A DNA stretch of 48,689 nt from a virus. The notes under the pieces are model-generated. The model did not search any database, was not told the origin of the DNA, and saw only the letters and a list, made by a program, of their open reading frames with translations. The translations under genes and the position numbers were made by a program. Position 1 is the first letter of the stretch, and each line of letters opens with the position of its first letter. The stretch is taken from IMG/VR virus record IMGVR_UViG_3300045988_074363. One strand, written 5' to 3'. Positions 1 to 7,377 of the stretch are shown piece after piece.

Positions 1-55
1 CCCCCCCCGATATTCCACGGGGCGGTTAGGCCGTCGGTTTCCGGGGTGTAGAAGT
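1..55. repeat. Terminal direct repeat, copy 1 (identical to 48635-48689). Most likely a circular-assembly overlap.
   Basis: Read directly: the first 55 nt (ccccccccgatattccacgg...gtagaagt) recur as the last 55 nt of the window. Genes run continuously across the junction. Confidence 0.85.
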
Positions 56-185
56 TCTTGCATTTTGCGCTTTTCTCCGTGGCCGCCGCGTCCAAGGTGA
101 AATGAAACTCTGCGTTCAGGGTGTTGAAAAAGCCCTGCGGTGTGCAGTAGTCCATTTTCTTGCTGCTCAAAAGTGCGCTGTTCAT
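1..185 (-). pseudogene. Phage Dam-family DNA N6-adenine methyltransferase, 5-prime portion. It continues across the circular junction into 48363-48642.
   Basis: ATG at 185-183 overlaps the upstream stop (ATGA). Translation is MNSALLSSKKMDYCTPQGFFNTLNAEFHFTLDAAATEKSAKCKNFYTPETDGLTAPWNI, the typical N-terminus of phage Dam (pfam05869-type) enzymes. It runs into the poly-G tract at the window edge. Confidence 0.8.
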
Positions 186-424
186 CTTCCGTTCCTTTCA
201 TGGCGCGGCATTTTCACCGGCACAGCGTCCGGCCCAACTGCCCAAACTTCCACATCGTCGATGATCTCCAACCAGTCACAACCCCAATACTCCGCCGCGT
301 TCAGCATGGCGGCATAGTTGGAGGTGTGCGGCACGATCACCTCACCAAATCGCGGGTGAACCACCCGTGCGCAGGTCTTAGCGTTCCAGCGGCTTTCCCG
401 TGCCCGCCGGGCGGCAAGGGTCAT
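182..424 (-). CDS. Hypothetical protein (80 aa)
   Basis: ATG at 424, 4 nt after the upstream stop. Its stop overlaps the Dam start. No clear SD, so translational coupling is assumed. No recognisable motif. Confidence 0.5.
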   Translation of the reverse strand: MTLAARRARESRWNAKTCARVVHPRFGEVIVPHTSNYAAMLNAAEYWGCDWLEIIDDVEVWAVGPDAVPVKMPRHERNGR

Positions 425-428
425 GTCA

Positions 429-755
429 TTATACGGATTCACGCAGCCACTCCGCCTTGTCGGCCTGCCCGTAAAACCCGTGGGCCAGCCACACGCCGAA
501 AACGAACAGGAACAACCCGGCCAAGCCGTAACCGATGATCTGCCCGATCTCGCACATACCGCCAGCGCCCAGCAGCATAAGGAACCCCAGCATGGCAAGC
601 GCGGCACCGACACGCTCCTGCAGGCGGGTCAGCTTGCGGGCGCGGGCGGCGGCATTTTTCCGCCGGGCCATTTCCTTTTTGTACTGCTCCGGGGTATAGG
701 CTCTAATGATTTGCCCCGCCGGGCCGGTCTTGATCTCAATGTACCGCACTTCCAC
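429..755 (-). CDS. Small membrane protein (108 aa)
   Basis: GTG at 755 preceded by AAAGGAGGAAG. Basic N-terminal half, then two hydrophobic helices (ALAMLGFLMLLGAGG, GLAGLFLFVFGVWLA). Confidence 0.7.
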   Translation of the reverse strand: MEVRYIEIKTGPAGQIIRAYTPEQYKKEMARRKNAAARARKLTRLQERVGAALAMLGFLMLLGAGGMCEIGQIIGYGLAGLFLFVFGVWLAHGFYGQADKAEWLRESV

Positions 756-770
756 TTTTGACTTCCTCCT

Positions 771-1007
771 TTAATGCCGCTCCTGCAACTCCTGCCGCCG
801 GGCGTAGATTTTACTTTGTGCCAGTTCGGCGCTGTAACCGCCGCGCCCGTTCTTGTCCATCTGCCCGGTGTCACCTCGCGCCCTCTCGTGGTAGACCGTC
901 GCCAAACTAACACCCAGCTTTTCGGCAATGTCGTTCATGTGCCAGCCTTGGAGGTAGAGCTTCTCCATTTCTTGGCGGTCACTGTAACTCAAATGCTTAT
1001 ACTTCAT
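771..1007 (-). CDS. Stand-alone HTH protein homologous to the N-terminal DNA-binding domain of IS30 transposases
   Basis: ATG at 1007 with AAGGAGGGAGG RBS. MKYKHLSYSDRQEMEKLYLQGWHMNDIAEKLGVSLATVYHERARG aligns with TYKHLTMTDRLRIEKWLKMGMKPREIADKLRVHVSTIYRELKRG of the neighbouring transposase. Confidence 0.8.
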   Translation of the reverse strand: MKYKHLSYSDRQEMEKLYLQGWHMNDIAEKLGVSLATVYHERARGDTGQMDKNGRGGYSAELAQSKIYARRQELQERH

Positions 1008-1039
1008 GGTGTCGTCCTCCCTCCTTGCCGTTTTTGGGT

Positions 1040-1087
1040 AAAAAAAAATAAGCGCGGAAGAAGTTTTTCAACTTCTTTCGCACTTAT
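1040..1087 (-). terminator. Rho-independent terminator (long stem followed by T9 on the minus strand)
   Basis: Inverted repeat ataagcgcggaagaagtt / aacttctttcgcacttat (17 of 19 pairing), followed on the minus strand by nine T. Confidence 0.7.
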
Positions 1088-1239
1088 TCTAATATCTCGG
1101 CTTGAAAAATTCAATAGTCAAATGCAACAACTTTTTGCCTATATTTTTGTACATTTTATCGTACCACAACAAGGCCGTCAACATCCACTCTTTTGTTGGC
1201 AGCCTGTTATAACCCCTATTCTATTGCACCGACTATACC

Positions 1240-2470
1240 ACATCACGCCTTTTTCAACGATTTATCTATATTTTGCTCTCTTTATCTACCCATCATGCCG
1301 CAATGCCCAGTTCCCGCAGGCACTCCCTAAATACGATCTCGCTTGACCTGTACCCCAATATCTTCCGTGGATAATTATTTATCCAGTTTTCGGCCTGCGC
1401 GATCTGCGCGTTCGTCACCGCCGCAAAGTTCGTGCCCTTGGGAAACCGCCGCCGAATCATGCCGTTGGTGTTCTCGTTGGTGCCCCGCTCCCAAGAGGAA
1501 TACGGGTGGCAGAAATACACTTTAGTCCGTGGCAGGCGCTTGTTGACGCAAGAGCGTTCCAGCCCCTCCGCCGCCGCAAACTCGGTGCCGTTGTCAAAGG
1601 TAATGCTTTTGAAGATTGCCCTAAACCGCCGGGCACCAAGTTTCCGTTCCAGTGCGTCCAGCGCCTTGACCACCGTTTCAGCCTTGCGGTTCGGTATCGC
1701 TATAATGATCTCTTTCCGGGTCTTGCGCTCGGTCAGGGTCAGCAGGGCGCGGGTGGTCTTGCGCTTTCCCCTGCCACTGTACACGGTGTCGCCCTCCCAA
1801 TGGCCGAACTCCTCCCGCTCGTCGATCTCCTCCGGGCGCTGTTCAATACTTTCACCCGCCGGGGCGCGGCTGGCGCTTTTATTCTTTTTCACTTTCTTAT
1901 ATTTATGTTTCTTCTTTCCGTGCCGGGGCAGCTCCTCTTGCGTCAGGTTCAAGAACAAGCCCTTGGCAATGTACTTGTAGATCGTCGGCACCGACAAACT
2001 GGTTTTGAACTTCTTCCCCTCGATCATGGCAAACCCCAGCACCGCCGCCGGGCTGCAATCCTTGTTTATGATCGTGGTTTCAATGTAGTTTGCCAGCTCA
2101 TGGTCATTGCCTATTTTCAAGTCCGGCCCTTTCTCCCGTAGGTGGGCTTGGTATTTATCCTCGGCAATGTCCGGGCTGTACGCGGTCTTGACCTCCCATG
2201 TCGCGCCGTCCAGCCTGTCATACGCGCCGCGCTTCAACTCCCGGTAAATAGTCGAAACATGAACGCGCAGCTTGTCCGCGATCTCTCGCGGCTTCATCCC
2301 CATTTTCAGCCACTTTTCTATGCGCAAGCGGTCTGTCATGGTCAGGTGCTTATAGGTTCGCACTGTGTTTCCTCCTCTCCAATATCTGCGCTGCAAGTGT
2401 CGGCTTCTGCCGTTCTGTGCAGCTTTAGCACACAATACCATTCAAAAATAGCGGTCTGCGGCACTTTTGT
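1240..2470 (-). mobile_element. IS30-family insertion sequence. Ends are approximate; terminal inverted repeats were not resolved.
   Basis: A single DDE transposase ORF sits between the lysis-cassette terminator and an AT-rich segment (about 1090-1290) whose composition differs by eye from the GC-rich phage. I could not identify convincing inverted repeats or a target duplication. Confidence 0.5.
1293..2363 (-). CDS. IS30-family DDE transposase
   Basis: GTG at 2363 behind GGAGAGGAGG. N-terminal HTH, then a catalytic core with HWEGDTV, ITFDNGTEF and SSWERGTNENTNGMIRRRFPKG, which are characteristic IS30 D-D-E region motifs. Confidence 0.9.
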   Translation of the reverse strand: MRTYKHLTMTDRLRIEKWLKMGMKPREIADKLRVHVSTIYRELKRGAYDRLDGATWEVKTAYSPDIAEDKYQAHLREKGPDLKIGNDHELANYIETTIINKDCSPAAVLGFAMIEGKKFKTSLSVPTIYKYIAKGLFLNLTQEELPRHGKKKHKYKKVKKNKSASRAPAGESIEQRPEEIDEREEFGHWEGDTVYSGRGKRKTTRALLTLTERKTRKEIIIAIPNRKAETVVKALDALERKLGARRFRAIFKSITFDNGTEFAAAEGLERSCVNKRLPRTKVYFCHPYSSWERGTNENTNGMIRRRFPKGTNFAAVTNAQIAQAENWINNYPRKILGYRSSEIVFRECLRELGIAA

Positions 2471-2480
2471 CAACCTCTCC

Positions 2481-2532
2481 GCATAACAGAAAAGGCCCCG
2501 GCCACCGTTCAAAACGAACAGCAACCGGGGCC
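2481..2532 (-). terminator. Rho-independent terminator ending the lysis cassette
   Basis: GGCCCCGG / CCGGGGCC stem (2494-2501 with 2525-2532), with inner gttc/gaac pairing. Followed on the minus strand by TTTTCTGTTAT. Confidence 0.65.
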
Positions 2533-2544
2533 ATATCTTAGTAT

Positions 2545-2919
2545 TTAGTTCTGCGGGGTCTGCTCGGTGTCAGAAAAAATTTTCCCGATCTCCCCAATGG
2601 CGTTTTTCTCGGCAAGGTCAAGTTCTTTCACCGCCGCCTCAATAAAGGCGTCGATCTCCGGGGTAACAGTAATGCCGTTTGCCTCCAACAACTCCACGAC
2701 AAAGCGTTTCTTGGTCGCCTTGTCAATGGTGCCCGCCTCGGCCTGCTTCTCGGCGGCCTCCACGAACTTCTTCACGATGGAGTACAGGCGCTTTTCTTTC
2801 AGCCAAGGCAGGCCGGTGTCTTTCAGCCACGGGATAACCAGCGCGGTAAAGGACGCGCCCAGCACCGCAAACACGATTTCCAGCAGATTGTTCACAACGA
2901 TGGTCACAACTTCATTCAT
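2545..2919 (-). CDS. Holin, LL-H-like (N-terminal TM helix plus soluble tail)
   Basis: ATG at 2919. VVTIVVNNLLEIVFAVLGASFTALVIPWL is a TM segment, followed by a charged helical region as in Holin_LLH proteins. Lies immediately downstream of the endolysin. Confidence 0.65.
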   Translation of the reverse strand: MNEVVTIVVNNLLEIVFAVLGASFTALVIPWLKDTGLPWLKEKRLYSIVKKFVEAAEKQAEAGTIDKATKKRFVVELLEANGITVTPEIDAFIEAAVKELDLAEKNAIGEIGKIFSDTEQTPQN

Positions 2920-2945
2920 GATCTTTTCCTCCTATATATAGTCGG

Positions 2946-4430
2946 TCAGTTGGGCAGCTTCAAAACCTGCCCGGCGTGGATGGTGTTATTTTTCAACCCG
3001 TTCAGGGTCTTGATCTCCTTGTAGCGGGCACCGTTGCCAAGCTGCTGCGCAGCAATGCGCCACAGGCTGTCGCCCGCTTTCACGGTGTAGGTCTTGACCG
3101 CCGGGGTAGCGCTTGCTTTGCCGGTAATGGCCGCCGCGTCCACCCAGCCATACACGGTGCTGGTGCCGTCCGTATGTACAAGGTGGTAGGGGTGCTTGCC
3201 CGCCGTGGCAACTGCCGTCACCTTGGCCGGGCCGGGCTTCACGGTGGTGCCGCTGGTAGCCTGCGCGTTGGCGTAGTGCTTGCCGCCCGCAAACTGCACA
3301 ATGTCGCCCACCTTGTATGTCAGCGCAGTGTTGCCCGTGGCGGTGCCGGTGTTCGTGCTGCCGCCGATCTGCCCGCCGGGGGTAGCTGCACCAAGGCGGG
3401 CTTTGAACGCGGCCCACTTGGCGGCGCTGCCGGTGTCCTCGTTCCAGCCGATGATGCCGGGGCACGGCTTGCCGTTCACATCATAGTGGCGGATAACATG
3501 GGTGGCGTCAATGCCGTATTCTGCCATCAGGCACTTCACCAGCTCCACAAGGTTGCTCACAACCTTGTCCGTAAAGCTCCAATGGCTGTCGTTGGCAACA
3601 GTCATTTTGCCGGTGTCGTTGGTAGAGCAAACCTCAATACCAATGGTGTTGCGGTTCGTGGCCTTGCCGTAGTAAGCGCCGCCCTTGGTGTTGTACTTTC
3701 CGCCGCCGCAGTGCCAAGTGTAGCGGTTGCGAATGTCACCGTTGTACTGCACCGCACCGCCGTCGTCCACGATGAAGTCCGCCGAAACCTGCTTAGAGGT
3801 GCCGCCAAAGTAAGAGGCCGTGCCCGCCGCGCTGCCCGGCTTAGAGGTCACACCGGCGGTGTAATGCACAACGATGTACCGGATTGCGCGGCCTGCTGCC
3901 GCCGTGGTGTTGTGGGTACTGGTTTTCTTGGTAATGCTGATATTCATACTCGTTTTGTCCTCCTGTTCCGCCTTGCCGTCGTACACGGTCAAGCCGTATT
4001 TCTCAATCAACCCAATCAGCTTTTGCGGGTAGCCGGGGTCGGTGGCATAGCCCGCCGCCTTGATCGCTTTGCAGGCCGCCTTGTAGTCGCGCTCGCCAAC
4101 CACTGCCGCATACCGCTTGTTCGCCAGCAAAAACGCGCTATGGTCGGCAACGCTTTCTGCCCAACTGTCATAGGCGCGGAATAGCGCGTTAATGGTGGTA
4201 TAGGTTGCACCGTCGTAACACTCCTTGGTGTCCTTGCTGTACGCTTTCCCGCTCCACCGCGCGTCGGCCTTAATGCCGAACAGGGCGTTAGCCTTGGTGG
4301 CAAGCTCCGATGTTCCCCAGCCGCTTTCCAAGATTGCCTGCGCAATGGTCAGGCTGGCAAGGATTCCGCTTTTCTGCATATCTGCCTGTGCCAGCGGCCC
4401 CACCATTGCGAGAAATTTTCTTTGTTCCAT
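2946..4430 (-). CDS. Multidomain endolysin: GH73 glucosaminidase, N-acetylmuramoyl-L-alanine amidase and C-terminal LysM
   Basis: ATG at 4430 with GGAGGA RBS. LTIAQAILESGWGTSELATKANALFGIKA is a GH73 motif. IRYIVVHYTAG...GIEV...RHYDV..K.CPG is amidase_2. YTVKAGDSLWRIAAQQLGNGARYKEIKTLNGL...IHAGQVLKLP is LysM. Confidence 0.9.
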   Translation of the reverse strand: MEQRKFLAMVGPLAQADMQKSGILASLTIAQAILESGWGTSELATKANALFGIKADARWSGKAYSKDTKECYDGATYTTINALFRAYDSWAESVADHSAFLLANKRYAAVVGERDYKAACKAIKAAGYATDPGYPQKLIGLIEKYGLTVYDGKAEQEDKTSMNISITKKTSTHNTTAAAGRAIRYIVVHYTAGVTSKPGSAAGTASYFGGTSKQVSADFIVDDGGAVQYNGDIRNRYTWHCGGGKYNTKGGAYYGKATNRNTIGIEVCSTNDTGKMTVANDSHWSFTDKVVSNLVELVKCLMAEYGIDATHVIRHYDVNGKPCPGIIGWNEDTGSAAKWAAFKARLGAATPGGQIGGSTNTGTATGNTALTYKVGDIVQFAGGKHYANAQATSGTTVKPGPAKVTAVATAGKHPYHLVHTDGTSTVYGWVDAAAITGKASATPAVKTYTVKAGDSLWRIAAQQLGNGARYKEIKTLNGLKNNTIHAGQVLKLPN

Positions 4431-4494
4431 ACGGTTTCCTCCAAAAAAGAGAGAGGGCCACACCCGCAGCCCTCCGTGGTTTTCTGTTTACGCA

Positions 4495-4839
4495 TTATGC
4501 GCCGGGCATATCGCCGGGCGGTACCTCCGCCGCCTCGGCCTTTGCCTCCTGCTTGTCCTCCTGTTCCCACTTCCGTTCCCGGTTGCGGTCTTTGGTGGTC
4601 TTAATCCAGCCCATAATGCCGCACTCACCGCCAAGGGTAGCAAAAACGCAGGTAATCAAGGTGTCCGGCACCGTGCCGTATACCTTGAAAAGCTGAATCA
4701 TAACGATGGTGAACACCAACAAAGAAACGCCGACGATCACCAAGATCAAATCCATAACCTTGATGTTCCGGCGTTCCTTTTTCTCTGCGGCGTTTTCAAC
4801 ACTTTCAACGCTATTCTTCACATTCCCGCGCCCCCTCAC
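4495..4839 (-). CDS. Holin-like membrane protein (two TM helices)
   Basis: GTGA overlap with the upstream gene. An internal ATG (MDLILVIV...) is a possible second start. TM helices are LILVIVGVSLLVFTIVMIQLF and LITCVFATLGGECGIMGWI, followed by a charged C-terminus. Confidence 0.6.
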   Translation of the reverse strand: MRGRGNVKNSVESVENAAEKKERRNIKVMDLILVIVGVSLLVFTIVMIQLFKVYGTVPDTLITCVFATLGGECGIMGWIKTTKDRNRERKWEQEDKQEAKAEAAEVPPGDMPGA

Positions 4840-5144
4840 ATACCGATCTGCTTAAACAGGTAGCCAAGCACAACGCCCACAATCGCCGTGGCAATGTAGC
4901 CCATGACCTTGCGCCACTTCTCGCCGTCGCGGCCCTCCAACGCTTCCAGCCGTTCGCCCTGCTTTTCCTGCTCTTTCAGCATACTTTGCATACTCACGGC
5001 CAGCTTTTCCACGCTGGTTGCCAACGCGCCGATCTGACGCACACTGTCCTCCAAAATGCCAATGCGGGCGTCCTGCCGCTTGTTTTCCTCCTCCAAGCGG
5101 CGGCGGAACTCCTCATGCTCCGCCCGTGTGATAGGGTTCTCCAT
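4836..5144 (-). CDS. XhlA-like lysis-associated protein (coiled coil plus C-terminal TM)
   Basis: ATG at 5144 with AAGGAGGAG RBS. Heptad-rich N-terminus and a C-terminal anchor (VMGYIATAIVGVVLGYLF), as in the XhlA (hemolysin XhlA) family. Confidence 0.65.
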   Translation of the reverse strand: MENPITRAEHEEFRRRLEEENKRQDARIGILEDSVRQIGALATSVEKLAVSMQSMLKEQEKQGERLEALEGRDGEKWRKVMGYIATAIVGVVLGYLFKQIGM

Positions 5145-5346
5145 CGTCCTCTCCTCCTTGCTCCGCCCAGTCCGGCCACTCGTCGCCGCCTATGGCGTCG
5201 CGGTATGCTTTGTCGGCCTGCGCAATCTCGTCACGCCCGGTCACAGTGTCACCCAGCTCTGCAAGCCGGGTTGCCATGATCTTGATAACCCGTGCCTGCA
5301 TTTCCGTCACCGTTTCCAGCTCCGCTATGATCTGCAAATGGCTCAT
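5113..5346 (-). CDS. Hypothetical acidic protein (77 aa)
   Basis: ATG at 5346 behind GAGAGGAGG. Overlaps the RT 3-prime end by 98 nt and the XhlA start by 32 nt. No motif recognised. Confidence 0.5.
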   Translation of the reverse strand: MSHLQIIAELETVTEMQARVIKIMATRLAELGDTVTGRDEIAQADKAYRDAIGGDEWPDWAEQGGEDDGEPYHTGGA

Positions 5347-6484
5347 GCTGTGCCTCCTCTCGCAGTTGTTTTTGTTTGGCCTTTTCCAGTTCCGCCCGGT
5401 AAATCTCGTTCAGCCGCCACCGCAGGCTTGCGCTCTCCGTGTGCTTTAGCAGCCCCCTAATGCTGGCAATGCGCCGGTAAAAGTCCTGCCGTGTCATATC
5501 GCCAGCAGCATACAAAGCACTGATCTTGCGCACCTCCCGCTTTATGCGGCGCACGGTGCTTTTCCGCAGCTTCATGTGGGTGGGCCATATCCGTACACCA
5601 ACAAATTCAACCCCTTGGCGCACCGGGCGTATGCTGGTCTTGCTGTTCAAATCAAGCGCCAGTTCCTCCCGCAAGAAAGTTTCCACCGCCGCTTTCCAGC
5701 GGTGCAAGGTTTCCTTGTCCGGCCCCAAGATGATTACATCGTCCATGTAGCGGATATAGTAATGGATTTTCAGCTTGTGCTTGCAATACTGGTCAAGCTC
5801 GTTTAAGTAGATGTTTGCAAATAGCTGGCTTGTCAGGTTGCCTATTGGCATACCCACTTCGTATAGCCATTCTTCCGGCGGCGTGTCCTGCGGTGTCCGC
5901 CAGCGCGGCAGGCCAAACGGCTCTGCTCTGCTGTTCACCACGCCCCGTATAAACGCCATCATGGCGGGGTCTTTCACCCGCCGCTCCAAGATCGCCAGCA
6001 GCTTTTCGTGGTTCACCCGGTAAAAGTATTTGCTTATGTCCAGTTTCAGGCAGTACCAGCCCGTCCCCGGCTTGCGCTGCACTTGGCACATCCAGTATTG
6101 CAGGCGCTTGGCGGCCTTATGGCTGCCCTTGTCCTTTCGGCAAGCGTAGGAATCCTCAATAAAAAGCCTGTCATAGATCGGATTCAAATACAGGTACAGG
6201 CTCCATTGCACAATTCTGTCCGGGTAGTCCAGCGCCATCACCAGCCGCTTCTTGGGCACATACACCCACAGCTTGCGGTATGGCCCCAGCACATAGCTGC
6301 CGTTCATCATACCTTGCTGTATGGTGAACAGGTTATCTTCAAGCCGCGCGGTAAAATTCAAAACCTCGGCTCGGTATCGCTTGCCCTTGCGGGCGTTCCT
6401 GTCGGCCTCAATCAGCCAACCAAAATTGCACACCACCGGCCAAGCGTTTTGAATCACCGTCATTTCCTGCTGACAGTGTTTCAT
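5249..6484 (-). CDS. DGR reverse transcriptase
   Basis: ATG at 6484 (GGAGAG RBS); a GTG at 6526 is an alternative start. Motifs: PKKRLVMALDYPDRIVQWS, LKLDISKYFYRVNH, the DGR-typical GMPIGNLTSQLFANIYLNELD, and YIRYMDDVIILG (YxDD). Lies directly downstream of the TR. Confidence 0.93.
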   Translation of the reverse strand: MKHCQQEMTVIQNAWPVVCNFGWLIEADRNARKGKRYRAEVLNFTARLEDNLFTIQQGMMNGSYVLGPYRKLWVYVPKKRLVMALDYPDRIVQWSLYLYLNPIYDRLFIEDSYACRKDKGSHKAAKRLQYWMCQVQRKPGTGWYCLKLDISKYFYRVNHEKLLAILERRVKDPAMMAFIRGVVNSRAEPFGLPRWRTPQDTPPEEWLYEVGMPIGNLTSQLFANIYLNELDQYCKHKLKIHYYIRYMDDVIILGPDKETLHRWKAAVETFLREELALDLNSKTSIRPVRQGVEFVGVRIWPTHMKLRKSTVRRIKREVRKISALYAAGDMTRQDFYRRIASIRGLLKHTESASLRWRLNEIYRAELEKAKQKQLREEAQHEPFADHSGAGNGDGNAGTGYQDHGNPACRAG

Positions 6485-6665
6485 CCAATAATCTCTCCAA
6501 GCCGTGTGTGGCGTTTCCGCCTCCACGGCAATACAAATTTTTTCCCACCCTGTCTAAGCGGGAACGGAAACAGGCCCCTTTTAGTCTGCACTTCCTGCTG
6601 TACCCCGTAGGCCACAGCCCCCTTGCGGCGCAGAACCACCGCCCTAAATTGGCATTTAACAGACG

Positions 6666-6783
6666 AAAAGCGGAACGGCCCCCGATGTTGCCGTTGGCAT
6701 TGGAGCGCGGGTTGTTCAGGTTGGAATTGAACACCCCGGCGTTGCCGCCATTGTTCCAGTTGCCACCGCGAATCAGGCACCGT
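6666..6783 (-). repeat. DGR template repeat (TR)
   Basis: About 118 bp matching VR1 (7387-7504) and VR2 (45955-46063) except at TR adenines on the coding strand. On the coding strand it reads as Asn-rich GGNWNNGGNAGVFNSNLNNPRSNANGNIGGRSAF, with no upstream protein domain. Confidence 0.9.
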
Positions 6784-6810
6784 AAATGGCCCGTTCCCAA
6801 AGAAAAACGG

Positions 6811-7197
6811 CTACTTTTTCACGCTGGCAATATACTTGCCCAGCAAGCAGCCGATTTCTGTATTGTACCTTGCCCATGTTTCGTACTGGTGCATGGACAG
6901 CGGCGGGGCAAACTTCGCACCGCAAAGGTCTTTGCTTGCCGCCATCCTCACCAGATTGCGCAGCCATTCCAGTTCCACATCAAGCTCCTGCGCGGTAGTC
7001 TTACGGTAGTATTTCTTTTCCAGCTCAACGGCCAAATGGTACATTTTCAGCATGGAATCCCGCAATCCGTCCGCAAGGTCACGATCTTTACGGCTGAACC
7101 CCTTTGTCAGTGGTCTGCCGTAGTCCATCATTTCCCCGATTTTCTCTTTCAGGCGGAACGGCTCATAGCTGCCCGGCGCGGGCATTTCGCTCTGCAT
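6811..7197 (-). CDS. avd: DGR accessory variability determinant (Avd-like four-helix-bundle protein)
   Basis: 128 aa, ATG at 7197 with GGAGGAGGTG RBS. Helical and basic, and positioned between the target gene and TR as in BPP-1 mtd-avd-TR-brt. Profile similarity to bAvd was judged by eye (LDVELEWLRNLVRMA, EIGCLLGKYIASV). Confidence 0.8.
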   Translation of the reverse strand: MQSEMPAPGSYEPFRLKEKIGEMMDYGRPLTKGFSRKDRDLADGLRDSMLKMYHLAVELEKKYYRKTTAQELDVELEWLRNLVRMAASKDLCGAKFAPPLSMHQYETWARYNTEIGCLLGKYIASVKK

Positions 7198-7263
7198 AGC
7201 TTGTTCACCTCCTCCAAAATTTCCCCCAAACCCACCCGGCGCATTGCGCCTGCCATAGGCCCC

Positions 7264-7291
7264 AAAAAATTTGCCCGCGCACAGCGCGGGG
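7264..7291 (-). terminator. Hairpin/terminator between DGR target 1 and avd
   Basis: CCCGCGC-aca-GCGCGGG perfect 7-bp stem (7274-7290), followed on the minus strand by caaaTTTTTT. Confidence 0.55.
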
Positions 7292-7329
7292 CGTTGTTCC
7301 CGTTGCTGTGCGTGGGCTTGTCCTGCTTA

Positions 7330-7363
7330 CCGCCTCACTATCGTTCGGCGTTCAGTGTTTCAG
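7330..7363 (-). promoter_or_regulatory. Conserved element 3-prime of VR1 (GC stem with GATA loop plus CTGAAACACTGA). Candidate DGR target-recognition structure.
   Basis: The minus strand reads ctgaaacactgaacgccgaacgatagtgaggcgg. About 29 of 34 nt are identical to the sequence at the same distance downstream of VR2. It is absent downstream of the TR. Confidence 0.5.
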
Positions 7364-7377
7364 GGCGCAGTGTACAG

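Noticed and set aside
1-55. The terminal 55-bp direct repeat as a biological DTR or cos site.
   Set aside because: Its length is typical of an assembler k-mer overlap. A gene reads through it. The lambda-type terminase predicts cos ends near the small-terminase gene instead.
1048-1087. The 19-bp palindrome, considered as an abutted IR-IR junction of a circular IS30-like intermediate. That would make the whole phage a giant transposon.
   Set aside because: The stem followed by T9 is fully explained as a rho-independent terminator. The arms show no similarity to sequence near the transposase ends.
1090-2480. Attempted definition of the IS30 terminal inverted repeats. Candidates were the gtcaac-containing segments near 1178-1205 and 2462-2482, with ctgttat near 1207 and 2480.
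   Set aside because: The similar segments are in direct rather than inverted orientation, and the matches are short. The boundaries are left unresolved rather than reported.
6408-6800. ORFs 6408-6800 and 6481-6780 (minus strand). Their translations end in an FGE/CLec-like C-terminus (GGNWNNGGNAGVFNSNLNNPRSNANGNIGGRSAF), which looked like a third DGR target.
   Set aside because: There is no upstream lectin-fold domain, start context or RBS. The segment is Asn/adenine-rich and sits between avd and the RT, so it is the template repeat rather than a gene.
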